Part shown: positions 18,538 through 28,352 of the stretch, one piece after another
How the letters are laid out: each line of letters begins with the position of its first letter
How positions within the stretch are numbered: position 1 is the first letter of the stretch
From: a virus
Virus record (IMG/VR): IMGVR_UViG_3300045995_000345
Span: 9,025-73,024 of that record
Length of the DNA stretch: 64,000 nucleotides
Direction: 5' to 3' (one strand)
Made by a program: the position numbers and the translations under genes
Notes under the pieces: generated by a model
What the model was told of the DNA's origin: nothing
What the model saw: only the letters and a program-made list of their open reading frames with translations
Database searches by the model: none

Positions 18538-20955
18538 TCAGATCCGGTGGTAGCTGGCGCTGTTCACGTAGAAATAATCAAACGTTCGGCTGTGAATCCG
18601 GATCGGGTTGTTCGTCCCGGTAACCGTGATCGTGTCCCGGAAGAAGTGAGCAATGGAATGCACTGGGATCAGGCCGTGATCCTCAGCGTTCGTGATCGTC
18701 ACGGTGCCAACCAGATCCTCCGCCGCAAGCTGGTTGAGCGATGCGTAGAGGCTGGCGGTATAGAGCGGCTGAGTTGACCCTTCCACCTGGGGCTGGCTGG
18801 AAAGCTGAATCACGTAGGATGTCAGCTCGTGCTCGCCGTGCAGTTCTCCGAAGTGCATCTTGCCACCGGTCAGCGTGCTGGTAATTCCTACAAGCGTTGC
18901 GTTGTACGGGCGCGCGCTCCGTCGGTAGTAGATCCTCTTGCCGTCTTGCCACGACTGAGGACTAGCCACATGCCACGCCGCGACCGGTTCCGTCGCGAGG
19001 CCGTAAAAAAGGAGAACCCCCTGCGTTGTACCCAAGAGAAACCAGTTCCCCGTTTCACGGAGAATCGGGAAGACTGCCTCCTTAACCGTGGCGGCAGCGG
19101 ACGGTGCGAAATCGACCGTTGAAAACGTGTTGTACAGGTAGTCGTAGGCCAGCACTGGCGTTGCAGTATTGGCGGGGCAGACGACCCATATTTCCTGCGA
19201 AGGATGATTATCGGCGGCGTAAATCCGCTCCGTGTCCGCCAGTCGGGCATAATCGTAAAAGACGTTGCCCACGAGATCCGAGTTGGCAAGGTATTGTGGC
19301 TGACGCGTGGTGAGGTTGAACTGGTAGAATCGATCTCGCCCAGCGTAAACGTGCTGTATGTCACCGATGGAGACGAGGGTGTGACGGTAAAAGAGTCCTC
19401 GCCCTTGCTGAATGTTAACGCGTTCAAATTCAAATGGGTTGGCTGCGATTCCGGTGTAGGTTCCAATGAAAAGGTTGGTGTCCTTGTAAACGATGATGCG
19501 CCCACCGAGCGGCAGCATTCGTAAGATGCCACTGCCGTCATCCTGAAGATCATCCCGGAATGCCGACGAGCCAACGGACGCGCTCTGCATTAGCGCCACC
19601 GTTCCACCCGTGATCGCCAGCTTGTCGAGGCGCACAATGCCAGGCCCAAGCGCGCCGATGGTCGCGTCTGTGAGAACGCCACCAGCCGTGCCGGCACCGT
19701 CCACCAGAACGCTGTCGTATTTCGCCAAGGACCGAGCTGTCCGGGTCAGCGTAAAAAGTGAGTTTCCAGCGGTGGCAATCACTGGCGTCCGGGCCGCGAA
19801 TCTGTCCGGCTTGTTCAACTCGGATCCAATGATGCGGTACTGGAACTCATTGAACGTGGTGATACCTGCGGTGATGAGCGCTTCCTTGCCAACGTAGGCC
19901 AGCGGGTTGTTGAGCGTGCCCTCCTGGGCGGTGAGCGCGTAATCCGTGTCGGTCTTGGCAAGCGTCGAGCTGATTACCTCAACGATTTTGCGAACGCTTC
20001 CATCCGGAAAGCTGATCAATTCTCCAACCATCCAGCTTGCGAAGAACGCCCCACTCGCGCGGAGTGCGTAAGCCTCCCATTGACTGTCGAAGAATCCATC
20101 CGTAACCCGGAAGGATTGTGACACGGCAACCGTGTGCCCACTGGGAACGGCCATCTGGGTAGGGCTGAGATACGTGGTGAGGCGTTCCTTGGTTCCGTTG
20201 GACCAGACAATGAGACGGTTGGCATCGCCAGCATTGAACATCGAAGTGTCGGCGGTCAGAACGCTGAAATCTGAAACACCAGCCCCAAGCCTGAATCCCG
20301 CCTGCTGAATCGTCACCGATCCCGACTTAACCACGTTCAGAACTGTGTCCATGCCGCCAGTTGTAAGCTCGGTGATGTCGGCCAGAAGCAGGACGCCGTT
20401 CAATTCGGAGATGGTTCCAACGCAGACAATGCCCTGCTCACGAAGCTCGTAGGCTGGGCGCACCGCTTCCCACTCAGCCCGGTATTCAACCGGAAGATCG
20501 ATTCCATTGCTGAACGTCGTGGTCCCGTCGATGTCGGCGAATTCCCAGCGCCGTCCGTTGGCGGAGAAGCCGCTTCCGATCACCCGCCAGCGCACGGGGG
20601 TTTCCCAGTAGCCGTCGCAGTAATCGGGATCGTCCTCCGTGTACCCGGACATGTCAGCGTAGAAACGGTAGAGCGTGGTCTTCGTTCCCACCACAATCGC
20701 AGCCTCTCCATTGGGCCTTCGGACCAGGTGAATGAGTGTGATTGGATCCGATGAAGGCGACGGGAAGGCTTGCTCCAAAGCATCGTCAGCGGTGGGGAGT
20801 GGGGTGAAGTAATCGTGGCCCTCTCTCCGGATTTCGTCGGACAAGTCCCTACGCCAGTTCGTCTTGGCGGTGTAGTGGGTGACTCCGGCGTCGGCAGCAG
20901 ATGCTCGCGTGATGAGTTGTCCACCGTCCGCCGGCCTTACTGTCTGAACGGCCAT
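18538..20955 (-). CDS. tail hub/nozzle protein (P22 gp10/T7 gp12-like)
   Basis: 805 aa beta-rich protein with propeller-like segments (RIIVYKDTNLFIG, VLAYDYLYNTFS); upstream of the fibres. Confidence 0.6.
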   Translation of the reverse strand: MAVQTVRPADGGQLITRASAADAGVTHYTAKTNWRRDLSDEIRREGHDYFTPLPTADDALEQAFPSPSSDPITLIHLVRRPNGEAAIVVGTKTTLYRFYADMSGYTEDDPDYCDGYWETPVRWRVIGSGFSANGRRWEFADIDGTTTFSNGIDLPVEYRAEWEAVRPAYELREQGIVCVGTISELNGVLLLADITELTTGGMDTVLNVVKSGSVTIQQAGFRLGAGVSDFSVLTADTSMFNAGDANRLIVWSNGTKERLTTYLSPTQMAVPSGHTVAVSQSFRVTDGFFDSQWEAYALRASGAFFASWMVGELISFPDGSVRKIVEVISSTLAKTDTDYALTAQEGTLNNPLAYVGKEALITAGITTFNEFQYRIIGSELNKPDRFAARTPVIATAGNSLFTLTRTARSLAKYDSVLVDGAGTAGGVLTDATIGALGPGIVRLDKLAITGGTVALMQSASVGSSAFRDDLQDDGSGILRMLPLGGRIIVYKDTNLFIGTYTGIAANPFEFERVNIQQGRGLFYRHTLVSIGDIQHVYAGRDRFYQFNLTTRQPQYLANSDLVGNVFYDYARLADTERIYAADNHPSQEIWVVCPANTATPVLAYDYLYNTFSTVDFAPSAAATVKEAVFPILRETGNWFLLGTTQGVLLFYGLATEPVAAWHVASPQSWQDGKRIYYRRSARPYNATLVGITSTLTGGKMHFGELHGEHELTSYVIQLSSQPQVEGSTQPLYTASLYASLNQLAAEDLVGTVTITNAEDHGLIPVHSIAHFFRDTITVTGTNNPIRIHSRTFDYFYVNSASYHRI

Positions 20956-20986
20956 GGCCTATCCCTAACCCGCTTCCTGCCAAGGT

Positions 20987-21634
20987 TCAAGCCCCAACTG
21001 GAGGCAAGCCGTAAGCGACTTCTTCGGGATCCATGTGCAAAGATCCAGGCACCATCACCCCGGCATGATTGGCGAGAGACTGGATCGGCTTGAAGCACCC
21101 GCAGGAAATGGTCACCAGATCCCAGTCGTAAGCGTGACTCCATTCTTCCGGCATGAGTTCCAGGCTGCGCTTCACGAGCTTGCGGTGGCCGTACAGGGTT
21201 GCCCCTCCGAACGCGTGCCCCAGCACGGTCTCGAATTCCCATTGCCTGTCGCTCTTGACGTGCTTGGCGCTCCGGTAAGGCGACACCCAGAAGAACGGCC
21301 TGAGCGCGTGGCTTGCAACGCACTCGTAGCAGAAAGCGTCGTAGTGTTTGGAAAAGGTCATGTCCCCATCCACGAACAGGCCGTAGCAGTCCGACTCGCC
21401 GGGATCCGTTTCGTCCAGGAAGAGTTCCATGGCAGCTCGCCGGGCCTCTCCCTGTCCCTTGTGCGGCCAGGTAATCACTTGGTCAGCGTGAATCGCCAGC
21501 TCGGTTGTGTCGCACCCACCGCCATCGTCAATGACAGTGATCGGGAAGTTCTCGCTCGCGTTCTCGCGCAAGCTCTTGACCGTCTGGACCGCGAGGTCGA
21601 TCCGCTTGTAAACGTTGACGTAGCAGTGAATCAT
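20987..21634 (-). CDS. glycosyltransferase, GT-A (family 2-like)
   Basis: ITVIDDGG, GQGEARR and LFVDGD (DxD) motifs; start reassigned to the ATG at 21634. Confidence 0.75.
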   Translation of the reverse strand: MIHCYVNVYKRIDLAVQTVKSLRENASENFPITVIDDGGGCDTTELAIHADQVITWPHKGQGEARRAAMELFLDETDPGESDCYGLFVDGDMTFSKHYDAFCYECVASHALRPFFWVSPYRSAKHVKSDRQWEFETVLGHAFGGATLYGHRKLVKRSLELMPEEWSHAYDWDLVTISCGCFKPIQSLANHAGVMVPGSLHMDPEEVAYGLPPVGA

Positions 21635-21639
21635 AAAGG

Positions 21640-22224
21640 TTAATACACTAAAGGCGTGTCGGAGCGTTCTAAATGCGGCATGATCTTCCCCATCCTTGAG
21701 GGGTGTCTCAATTTCCTGAGTGCTTTCGTTTCGACCATCCTGATAGTTTCGGGAAACTTTCGGTAACGTGCTGCGATTTCCGCTAACGTCTTTCCCTCCC
21801 AAAATCTGGCTCTTATGACGGGTGCATGATAATCGCCTAATGATTCAACATTGGCTTCGATTGCCTTATCCAGCTCAGTTGTATCGTCGGGGCTGGGGGC
21901 TGGTAGCAACATTGCTTCCGAGCAGCCAAGCAGATTCTCCATTTCCACATCGGCTGTCTGTTCTATCTTAAACCCTCGCTTGAAACCTGCGAAAGATTCC
22001 GGCCATTCCGATAGGACATCTAAGTATTCTCCGGCTTCTCCGAAGGCTTTCTGAATTGCATCGGCTTGTTCTGGAAGCGGTCGCCTAATCAGGTTAATAA
22101 TCCTCCCGATTATGAATATCGAAAGCCCAGACTTCTCGGCGAGATCCTTTTGGGTCCAGTTCAACTTCTTCAGGAGCGCGTAAATGTTTCCGTGCTTGTA
22201 TCGCGTGACGGCGGTGATCTTCAT
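21640..22224 (-). CDS. XRE HTH fused to a sigma-70 region-4 domain
   Basis: WTQKDLAEKSGLS at the N-terminus; TLAEIAARYRKFPETIRMVETKALRKLRHP at the C-terminus. Confidence 0.8.
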   Translation of the reverse strand: MKITAVTRYKHGNIYALLKKLNWTQKDLAEKSGLSIFIIGRIINLIRRPLPEQADAIQKAFGEAGEYLDVLSEWPESFAGFKRGFKIEQTADVEMENLLGCSEAMLLPAPSPDDTTELDKAIEANVESLGDYHAPVIRARFWEGKTLAEIAARYRKFPETIRMVETKALRKLRHPSRMGKIMPHLERSDTPLVY

Positions 22225-22298
22225 TTCAGCACAGTGTAAGCGATGTTCGTCCCTTCGACATGCCGGACATCAAGTTTGTGTAACCCTTTCTTTGTGGT

Positions 22299-22919
22299 TC
22301 ACGGCCTTGCAATCAACGTGTTTGCGCTGCGTCCCTCAATCGTTGTGCGGCCGATGATCTTGGTGAAACCGTAACCGCTCAGAAGCGCCAGGACGGAATC
22401 GTAATACGCCTGGGAGAATGCAGTGAACGGAAGGGCGTCCTCGAAGCACAGGAGGCGCGTGTTGGAAAGTAGGTTTCCAGCCACGCTCAACACACCGAAG
22501 TCCGCCCCCTCGATGTCGATGGAGACGAAGTCCCATTTGCTCCCAAGTGTCTTCACGATGTCATCTGGCGTGATGGCGGCGATCCAGTACTCACGCTGGA
22601 CGTATTCGTACAGATAACCAGCCCCATCGGTGGCGCTGGTAAGTTGGCTGTTCGTGTCCGCAAGATGCACCAGGCCAGAGTGTGGCATCACCGCAGCGTT
22701 CACGCAGACGATCTCGGGGACCAGTCGATTCTCGATCAGCTTGGTGAAGTTGAATGGGCTCGCCTCAATCAGTGCGCCTTTCCAGCCTCGATCGTCCAGC
22801 GCCCGCGTGTTGCTGCCCTCCACCCCGTCGTAAGCGCCAAGGTCAAGGAATGTTCCGACGTGGTCCCCGAAATAATCGAGGATGATTTGCTGCTCTCCCC
22901 ATTGGGAATAATCGATCAT
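22299..22919 (-). CDS. FkbM-family SAM methyltransferase
   Basis: YSQWGE, FLDLGAYDG..SNT and SIDIEG motifs. Confidence 0.85.
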   Translation of the reverse strand: MIDYSQWGEQQIILDYFGDHVGTFLDLGAYDGVEGSNTRALDDRGWKGALIEASPFNFTKLIENRLVPEIVCVNAAVMPHSGLVHLADTNSQLTSATDGAGYLYEYVQREYWIAAITPDDIVKTLGSKWDFVSIDIEGADFGVLSVAGNLLSNTRLLCFEDALPFTAFSQAYYDSVLALLSGYGFTKIIGRTTIEGRSANTLIARP

Positions 22920-22931
22920 GGTGCGCTCTCC

Positions 22932-23549
22932 CTATTCAAGTGGTCGATGCGCTCCGAACGATCCGTTTGGTTTCGTCCCGTGAGTCGAGAACATTTGCGC
23001 CAAGCCAGCGGTGGCAAATTGACAACCCATATCCTCCAGCCTCTTTCTCTGCTCAACGCAGATAACGTAGTCTTCATGACGCCTCCATCTGGGGGTTGTC
23101 CACGTCTCGTAACTGAGCTTGTGCATGCAGTCCAAGAGACGCTGGCTACGCAGGGAGAATCCCCCGCAGCCCACCACGCCGCTTCCGAACGGGGCACCGA
23201 TGTAATCGCAGAACAGGAAGTCATCCGTCCACGCGGCCGGGTTCACGATGAATCCGTCGTGCTGAATGACGAGGATGTGAGACCCCAAGAACAGATGCCG
23301 CTTCAGCGGAAGCTCGTGGATCATGTAGTGAGAATACTCCTCAATGGATCGGACGCAGTTGGGGTAAACGTTGACTCCTCCGGCGCAGTCGGAGACGAGA
23401 TCCGTGAACCACCAGACAGAGCTGAAATCACAGTAGTCCCGGCAGCGCTTCAATGAGGATAGGCACGCATTCGTGTAAGCCTCCCGCTCCAGGGTCGCGG
23501 ACCTGTTTCCGCTGACCATTACCAGGTCAATGTCGAGTTTCAGCTTCAC
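22932..23549 (-). CDS. DUF5672-like glycosyltransferase-associated protein
   Basis: LVIQHDG..W..DFL.CDYIGAP..VGCGGFSLRS..HED; GTG start overlaps the upstream stop (GTGA). Confidence 0.75.
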   Translation of the reverse strand: MKLKLDIDLVMVSGNRSATLEREAYTNACLSSLKRCRDYCDFSSVWWFTDLVSDCAGGVNVYPNCVRSIEEYSHYMIHELPLKRHLFLGSHILVIQHDGFIVNPAAWTDDFLFCDYIGAPFGSGVVGCGGFSLRSQRLLDCMHKLSYETWTTPRWRRHEDYVICVEQRKRLEDMGCQFATAGLAQMFSTHGTKPNGSFGAHRPLE

Positions 23550-23737
23550 GCGCTGACCTTTCTGCTTCTCCAAGCGTGGGCCAAAAGGATCATTCTTCGC
23601 CAGTCCTTGGAACCATCTTCGAGCTGTTCCGGAAGCAAGTCCATGTCGTAGAGCAACGACAATAGTTCCGGGGTGGAGCTGATGTAACGCATGAGAGCAG
23701 CCTGAAACTCTCGCTGTTTCTTGGTCCATTGTCTCAC
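23546..23737 (-). CDS. small hypothetical protein (63 aa)
   Basis: GTGA overlaps at both ends. Confidence 0.55.
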   Translation of the reverse strand: MRQWTKKQREFQAALMRYISSTPELLSLLYDMDLLPEQLEDGSKDWRRMILLAHAWRSRKVSA

Positions 23738-24681
23738 GCGCTTATCATTTCCAGGAACCGCTTCGGATCCTCGTAGGGGTACGTCTCCATCTGAAACGCT
23801 GCCTCCAGGTTCTTCTCGCTGAACTTCGGCCAGTGCCGGCTGTCGTGGTCTTGGTGCAGGATGTGGCTCTGAGGGTAAAGCCACTCCGCCTCCACCACGT
23901 CAACGTTCTTGATGACCGGAAGCATGAGCATCCACGGCGCCGGGAAGTTGATGATGCAGATCGTTCGGACACCCAAGGCATGGGCGATGTGGTAAGGCCC
24001 TGAGATGATCCCGATGTGCAGGACGCAGGACGCCATGCGCTGAACCACGTCCGCCAGCGGCCAGCCCTTCGTGTTCCGAACCTGATCGGCCAGCACGTCT
24101 CCGCCCACCTCAATGAAGTCGAATTCGCTGTGCTTGGAAATCCACTTTCTAAGGATCTTCAGGTTCTCCGGGTAAACCTCGCGCGCCCTGGGGTGAACCG
24201 CGCGTTGCTGATCCAGAACGTGGGGTCCAGGAACAAGGTGCAGGCTGATCAACTTGCGCTTCCGGGCTCCCTTAGGCGGGATAATGCAGCCCTTGGGCGC
24301 CGGGTCCACCGGTAGGTTGAAGAGTCGCCGCACTCGCTGGAAGTTGTGCCCCGGCCCAAGGTCAAAGTTCTGCTGCATGGTGGACAGGCTCACCATGAAC
24401 GGGCGCTGGGCGTTCTTGTGGTATGGATTGAGCTTGGTTATCTCCGTGAAGTGCGGGCTTGGGATCCATGCCGTAGCCGCGATGTGCGCCAGGCAGATGT
24501 CCGTCATCATCACGCTGTCTCCTATGCCCCCGGCGGCATTTGTAAGCGTCCACTGGTAGGGCTCCAGCTTGCGACCGAACGGCACCTTGGTTGTGCCGGG
24601 TCGGCCACGGTAGAACTTGATGATGTCGTCCTGGGTTACGCGACCCTTGGACAGCTTCCTCTTTGCTGCTCTCAGTATCAT
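23734..24681 (-). CDS. glycosyltransferase, GT-B (family 9-like)
   Basis: GGIGDSVM and HIGIISGPYHIAHALGVRTI motifs; AGGAG upstream of the ATG at 24681. Confidence 0.75.
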   Translation of the reverse strand: MILRAAKRKLSKGRVTQDDIIKFYRGRPGTTKVPFGRKLEPYQWTLTNAAGGIGDSVMMTDICLAHIAATAWIPSPHFTEITKLNPYHKNAQRPFMVSLSTMQQNFDLGPGHNFQRVRRLFNLPVDPAPKGCIIPPKGARKRKLISLHLVPGPHVLDQQRAVHPRAREVYPENLKILRKWISKHSEFDFIEVGGDVLADQVRNTKGWPLADVVQRMASCVLHIGIISGPYHIAHALGVRTICIINFPAPWMLMLPVIKNVDVVEAEWLYPQSHILHQDHDSRHWPKFSEKNLEAAFQMETYPYEDPKRFLEMISA

Positions 24682-24707
24682 GCTCTCTCTCCTTAGAAAC
24701 TGGGTTT

Positions 24708-26351
24708 CTATGTCTTCTTCATGGTGACTCGGTCGATGACTTCGTTGTCCACGGTCCGCATTTCCCACTGAAGCTCCGTGGCCGTAGCCGTGAAGCGCAG
24801 GAAACCGTGCTTGGAATTGTAGAAGAACTGGCTGCCGGGCAGGCTGACCGTAGCCGCAGCGCCCCGCAACGTGGATCCACCCGTGCCGCAAATGACGTGC
24901 GTCAACCCGGTGGCGTCTCTCAGGCGCTCGTAATTGTGCGCGTGGCCGGACACTACAAGATCAACCCCGAGATGGAGCAGTTCGTCCGTGAACTGCTTCA
25001 CCACGGCTGATCCCGGATAATGGTTCACGTCTGAACACGCAGCCGGCCGGTGAACACAGACAATCACCCAAGGCTCAGAGGCAGCGTTGATGGTTGACTC
25101 CACCCACGTCAACTCCGTGTCCAGCGTGACCAGCGGGTCTGAATCATCCAGGCCGGAGTTCACCACGATGAACCGCACGTTCCCCCTGGCGAACGTGTAA
25201 TGTAGGAGGTGGGCGACCAGGTTGTCGTGACCAATCAACCCGCTGGTGGTGGTGAGCACGTTCAGGAATGGCTGTCCGTAGCCAGTCTCCAGATCGTGGT
25301 TTCCCATCGTCAGGTAGAACTTGTCCGGCAGGAAGTTCCAGTAGTGCTTCAGGAGTAGATCGTAAATCAGGTAGTCGGCCCCTCCGGTCTGGGTGCCCAC
25401 AGCCTGGGATGGCGTCTCTTCGCTTCCTGCCCGGCGGTTCTCAGCGTAGGCCGCGTCGCCAAGGTGAACGATGAACTGGGGATCCACCGCCTTGACGGCC
25501 GTAGCCACGGCGATCGTGTCTGCGATCGTGGTCTGCTGGCCGCTGTCACCGAACATCACCCACTCGTCTTGAGGAATCACAATCTCTGGGCAGTAACCGG
25601 AAGCGTAACTGACGGAGGTGTCGCCACAGGCGCAAAGGCCGTTGTCGAACATACCCTCCGCGCAAGGTTGGGGAACGCAGCCGGCCTGGGACTCGGCGAC
25701 CTTGAGGCGTTGACGTTCCTCCGCTTCAGCGAAGAGCTTCGCGCGCGCCAACCTGTAACCGTCCCGGTATTCCCGAGAGAGGGAGACATTCCGGTCAACC
25801 TCACGCGTGAGCTTCCACTTCACGAACTCGTGAACTGCATCGGCGAAAGGCTCATCGAACGGGACTTCATCCGCGTCGAGGTAATCGGCGTTTGTCCGCC
25901 CGATGATGGCATCCCAGACGATTTGAACCGCGTAACCCTCCGTCACCCTGGGGTAAACCCAGAACGTCTTCCCGCCGTCGCGCTTGTCCAACACGAATCG
26001 GAACTGGGAACGCTCCGTGCCGATGCTGAGAACGCCAGCCCGCAAATCATTCCGCAGGGAAAACTCGTAGGGCACCATCGGACGCCGCACCCACATCGAA
26101 CCGGTCTTGACGTGGTAAAGCTCACGCAGAGCCGCCCCTCTTGGAATGGATCCCTTGGACGCGAACCCGTCCGAACTCAGATCATCTTCCTCCAGCGTGG
26201 TGGTGATGCCCTTGCGGTAGTAGGGGATGAAGGATTGAAGATCACCAACGGCAATGCGGACCTGGGCGTCAATGAATGTCTGGGCGCCAAGGCGCTTCCG
26301 TTCAACTGCGAGGGATCCGTCAACCAGCGTCTTGAACGCGCTCCAGATCAT
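24708..26351 (-). CDS. putative head-tail adaptor fused to a calcineurin-like metallophosphoesterase
   Basis: C-terminal FGDSG, HLGDAAY, MGNHD, VHRP and SGHAHNYER motifs; helical N-terminal ~215 aa in the adaptor position. Confidence 0.8.
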   Translation of the reverse strand: MIWSAFKTLVDGSLAVERKRLGAQTFIDAQVRIAVGDLQSFIPYYRKGITTTLEEDDLSSDGFASKGSIPRGAALRELYHVKTGSMWVRRPMVPYEFSLRNDLRAGVLSIGTERSQFRFVLDKRDGGKTFWVYPRVTEGYAVQIVWDAIIGRTNADYLDADEVPFDEPFADAVHEFVKWKLTREVDRNVSLSREYRDGYRLARAKLFAEAEERQRLKVAESQAGCVPQPCAEGMFDNGLCACGDTSVSYASGYCPEIVIPQDEWVMFGDSGQQTTIADTIAVATAVKAVDPQFIVHLGDAAYAENRRAGSEETPSQAVGTQTGGADYLIYDLLLKHYWNFLPDKFYLTMGNHDLETGYGQPFLNVLTTTSGLIGHDNLVAHLLHYTFARGNVRFIVVNSGLDDSDPLVTLDTELTWVESTINAASEPWVIVCVHRPAACSDVNHYPGSAVVKQFTDELLHLGVDLVVSGHAHNYERLRDATGLTHVICGTGGSTLRGAAATVSLPGSQFFYNSKHGFLRFTATATELQWEMRTVDNEVIDRVTMKKT

Positions 26352-26767
26352 GGGGTGACAATCTCAGCCCGGCGCCGCTGCGGAACCGGAGCCGGCTTGG
26401 CGAGTGAGTCGAGGGAAAGTTCAGCAACCTTGGGTGGCCTTGCCGGTTCCGCTTCAGGCTTTGCTGCCCTTTCCGCCGCAAGTGGAACACCCTGGCTGGA
26501 CGGCACTAGCCTGAAGTTGTCCGAGGGCGATTGCCCCTGCGCTTTTTTTTTCAGTTGGTCCTCGTATTCCGCCTTGGAAATCTCAGCGGCCCCGCGCTTC
26601 CTCAGCCTGGCCAGTTCCACCTCGTCACCCTCGATCTTGCCGACGCCGTACCACGTCCCAGTGATGTGGCCCACCGGATCGAAGTAGGGCGATTCATCGG
26701 TGGCAAACAGGCGGAAGAAGACTGGCGGTTTGGGATCGGGTTCTGGGGGATTCATGGTCAGTGTCAC
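26348..26767 (-). CDS. hypothetical virion-module protein with an A9 slippery run
   Basis: 139 aa; ATGA overlap with the downstream gene; AAA AAA AAA at 26543-26551. Confidence 0.6.
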   Translation of the reverse strand: MTLTMNPPEPDPKPPVFFRLFATDESPYFDPVGHITGTWYGVGKIEGDEVELARLRKRGAAEISKAEYEDQLKKKAQGQSPSDNFRLVPSSQGVPLAAERAAKPEAEPARPPKVAELSLDSLAKPAPVPQRRRAEIVTP

Positions 26768-26821
26768 AGTGTCGTTGTTTCAATCGCACCAATGCCTCAT
26801 TCCGTCAAGAACTCACGTCCG

Positions 26822-27604
26822 TCAGATCGTTACTCCGCCATAGGTCGCTAAGTAATTCTTATGAACCGCCTGAATTGCATCTCCGTTCGAGGCGTTGGAG
26901 ATGATGCACGCACCCAAGTCGAACTTGGCGTGATAGGCGCCCACCGTCTGGATGCCACCGATCCACGCCCACATCGGGTCGATGGTCGTAGCGTCGGTCG
27001 GGTTGCCGGTCACCGGCGCGAGGTTGTTCACCTGGAGCGTGCTGGCTGCCCCGGCGAACTTCGCAGTAAGGACGAACCACGCTCCCGTCGGGAACGTGGC
27101 GAGCGACGGAGCGAGCAGTGGGGACGACAGCGACAGCTTGCCGGACGTGTTGGGCTGCATACTGATTCCGGCCGTGTTAGCCCTGACCACGTTTCCGCCG
27201 TCAAAGACGTACTTCGGATACTGCCACGTCGGAATCATTAGCAGCATGTAGACGGTGCAGTTGCGGCTGAGGTTGGCCAGGCCACCGCTCTGCGGGGTCC
27301 ATTGAGTCGGGATCGTGACACCCAGATCGGTCGGGTCGAACCGGATGACCGGCTTTCCCGAAGGCAGCGCGACAGGCGCTTCGGCCGAGAGCTTGTAGAG
27401 CGTGTAGCGGTCGGCGTTCGAGGACAGGTGACGAGCCCCAGAACTCCGGTCCAGCCAGTTGTTATTGGAGGACATCTTCTTGCTCGTCGGGTCGTAGGTG
27501 ACCCCGTAGTCGCTCGCCACCCAGAGCCAGAGGTTCGGGTCTGAAGCGGGGCCGCCCGCCCTGGCGGCGTTGAAACCGGTGAGTTGAGAGGTGGAGAGTG
27601 GCAT
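26822..27604 (-). CDS. LamG/concanavalin-A-like domain protein
   Basis: LWLW..D.GVT..W.DRS..G.P.IRFD..NYLATYGG pattern; TAATG overlap fixes the start. Confidence 0.65.
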   Translation of the reverse strand: MPLSTSQLTGFNAARAGGPASDPNLWLWVASDYGVTYDPTSKKMSSNNNWLDRSSGARHLSSNADRYTLYKLSAEAPVALPSGKPVIRFDPTDLGVTIPTQWTPQSGGLANLSRNCTVYMLLMIPTWQYPKYVFDGGNVVRANTAGISMQPNTSGKLSLSSPLLAPSLATFPTGAWFVLTAKFAGAASTLQVNNLAPVTGNPTDATTIDPMWAWIGGIQTVGAYHAKFDLGACIISNASNGDAIQAVHKNYLATYGGVTI

Positions 27605-28323
27605 TACGCGTCCGTGTGAGCGTTCTCGGTGAAGAACAATTTGACTCCGATCAGCTTCGCGTCCTCGGCGAGATTGTCGGCGCTGACGTCGCGGAAGACC
27701 TGGAGGAACGAGATGGACGGGTCGTCCGTGCTTCCGCCGAGGGTGAAGGCGGCCGTTTCCGGGGACCACCTCACCACGTTGCCGACCCCTCCGAACGTGA
27801 CTACGCCAGCCACTACGGGAGCCCCGAAGGCAGCGTCAATGTTTTCGTCGTCCACCATGACCTGACCTTGTATCGCCCACGCCACCGTCTTGTCTTGCGC
27901 CCCGGCGGCGGCGGTGCAACAGAAGCGCGCGGTGAGCGTGCCGCGGTTCCAGCTCTTGGGGAGTGCCACCGTGAACTGCGCGAACTCGTCCGCCGCCGCG
28001 TCGAAGTCGAGCGTCGCGAGCATGACCTTGTTGGTGGCCGTCTCCACGGTCCCGGCAGCCGCGCCGGAAGTGGTCCGGGCCACCATGGCCGTGGCGGGAA
28101 TCCAGACGGTCGACTTCTTCGGCAAGAGGTCCGCCGCGTTCGCCTTCAAGGCGAGGTCTGCCGCAGTGGCTCCCTGCAGCTCTTTGGGCAGTGCATCCCG
28201 AGGATCCACTGGAAGCTGCAAACCCTCCAGCTTGTGTTGGTTCATGCTCACGTTGCCAGGCTCCGTTCGCATCGGAATCTGCGTGGCAAACGTCTGGTAA
28301 GGGGGGACCCGTGATTGTGCCAT
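27604..28323 (-). CDS. putative capsid decoration/structural protein
   Basis: LDFDAAADEFAQFTVALPKSWN...RDVSADNLAEDAKLIGV beta-sandwich pattern; follows the MCP. Confidence 0.55.
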   Translation of the reverse strand: MAQSRVPPYQTFATQIPMRTEPGNVSMNQHKLEGLQLPVDPRDALPKELQGATAADLALKANAADLLPKKSTVWIPATAMVARTTSGAAAGTVETATNKVMLATLDFDAAADEFAQFTVALPKSWNRGTLTARFCCTAAAGAQDKTVAWAIQGQVMVDDENIDAAFGAPVVAGVVTFGGVGNVVRWSPETAAFTLGGSTDDPSISFLQVFRDVSADNLAEDAKLIGVKLFFTENAHTDA

Positions 28324-28352
28324 GTCGTTATGTCCTGTCTTAATAATTACTC

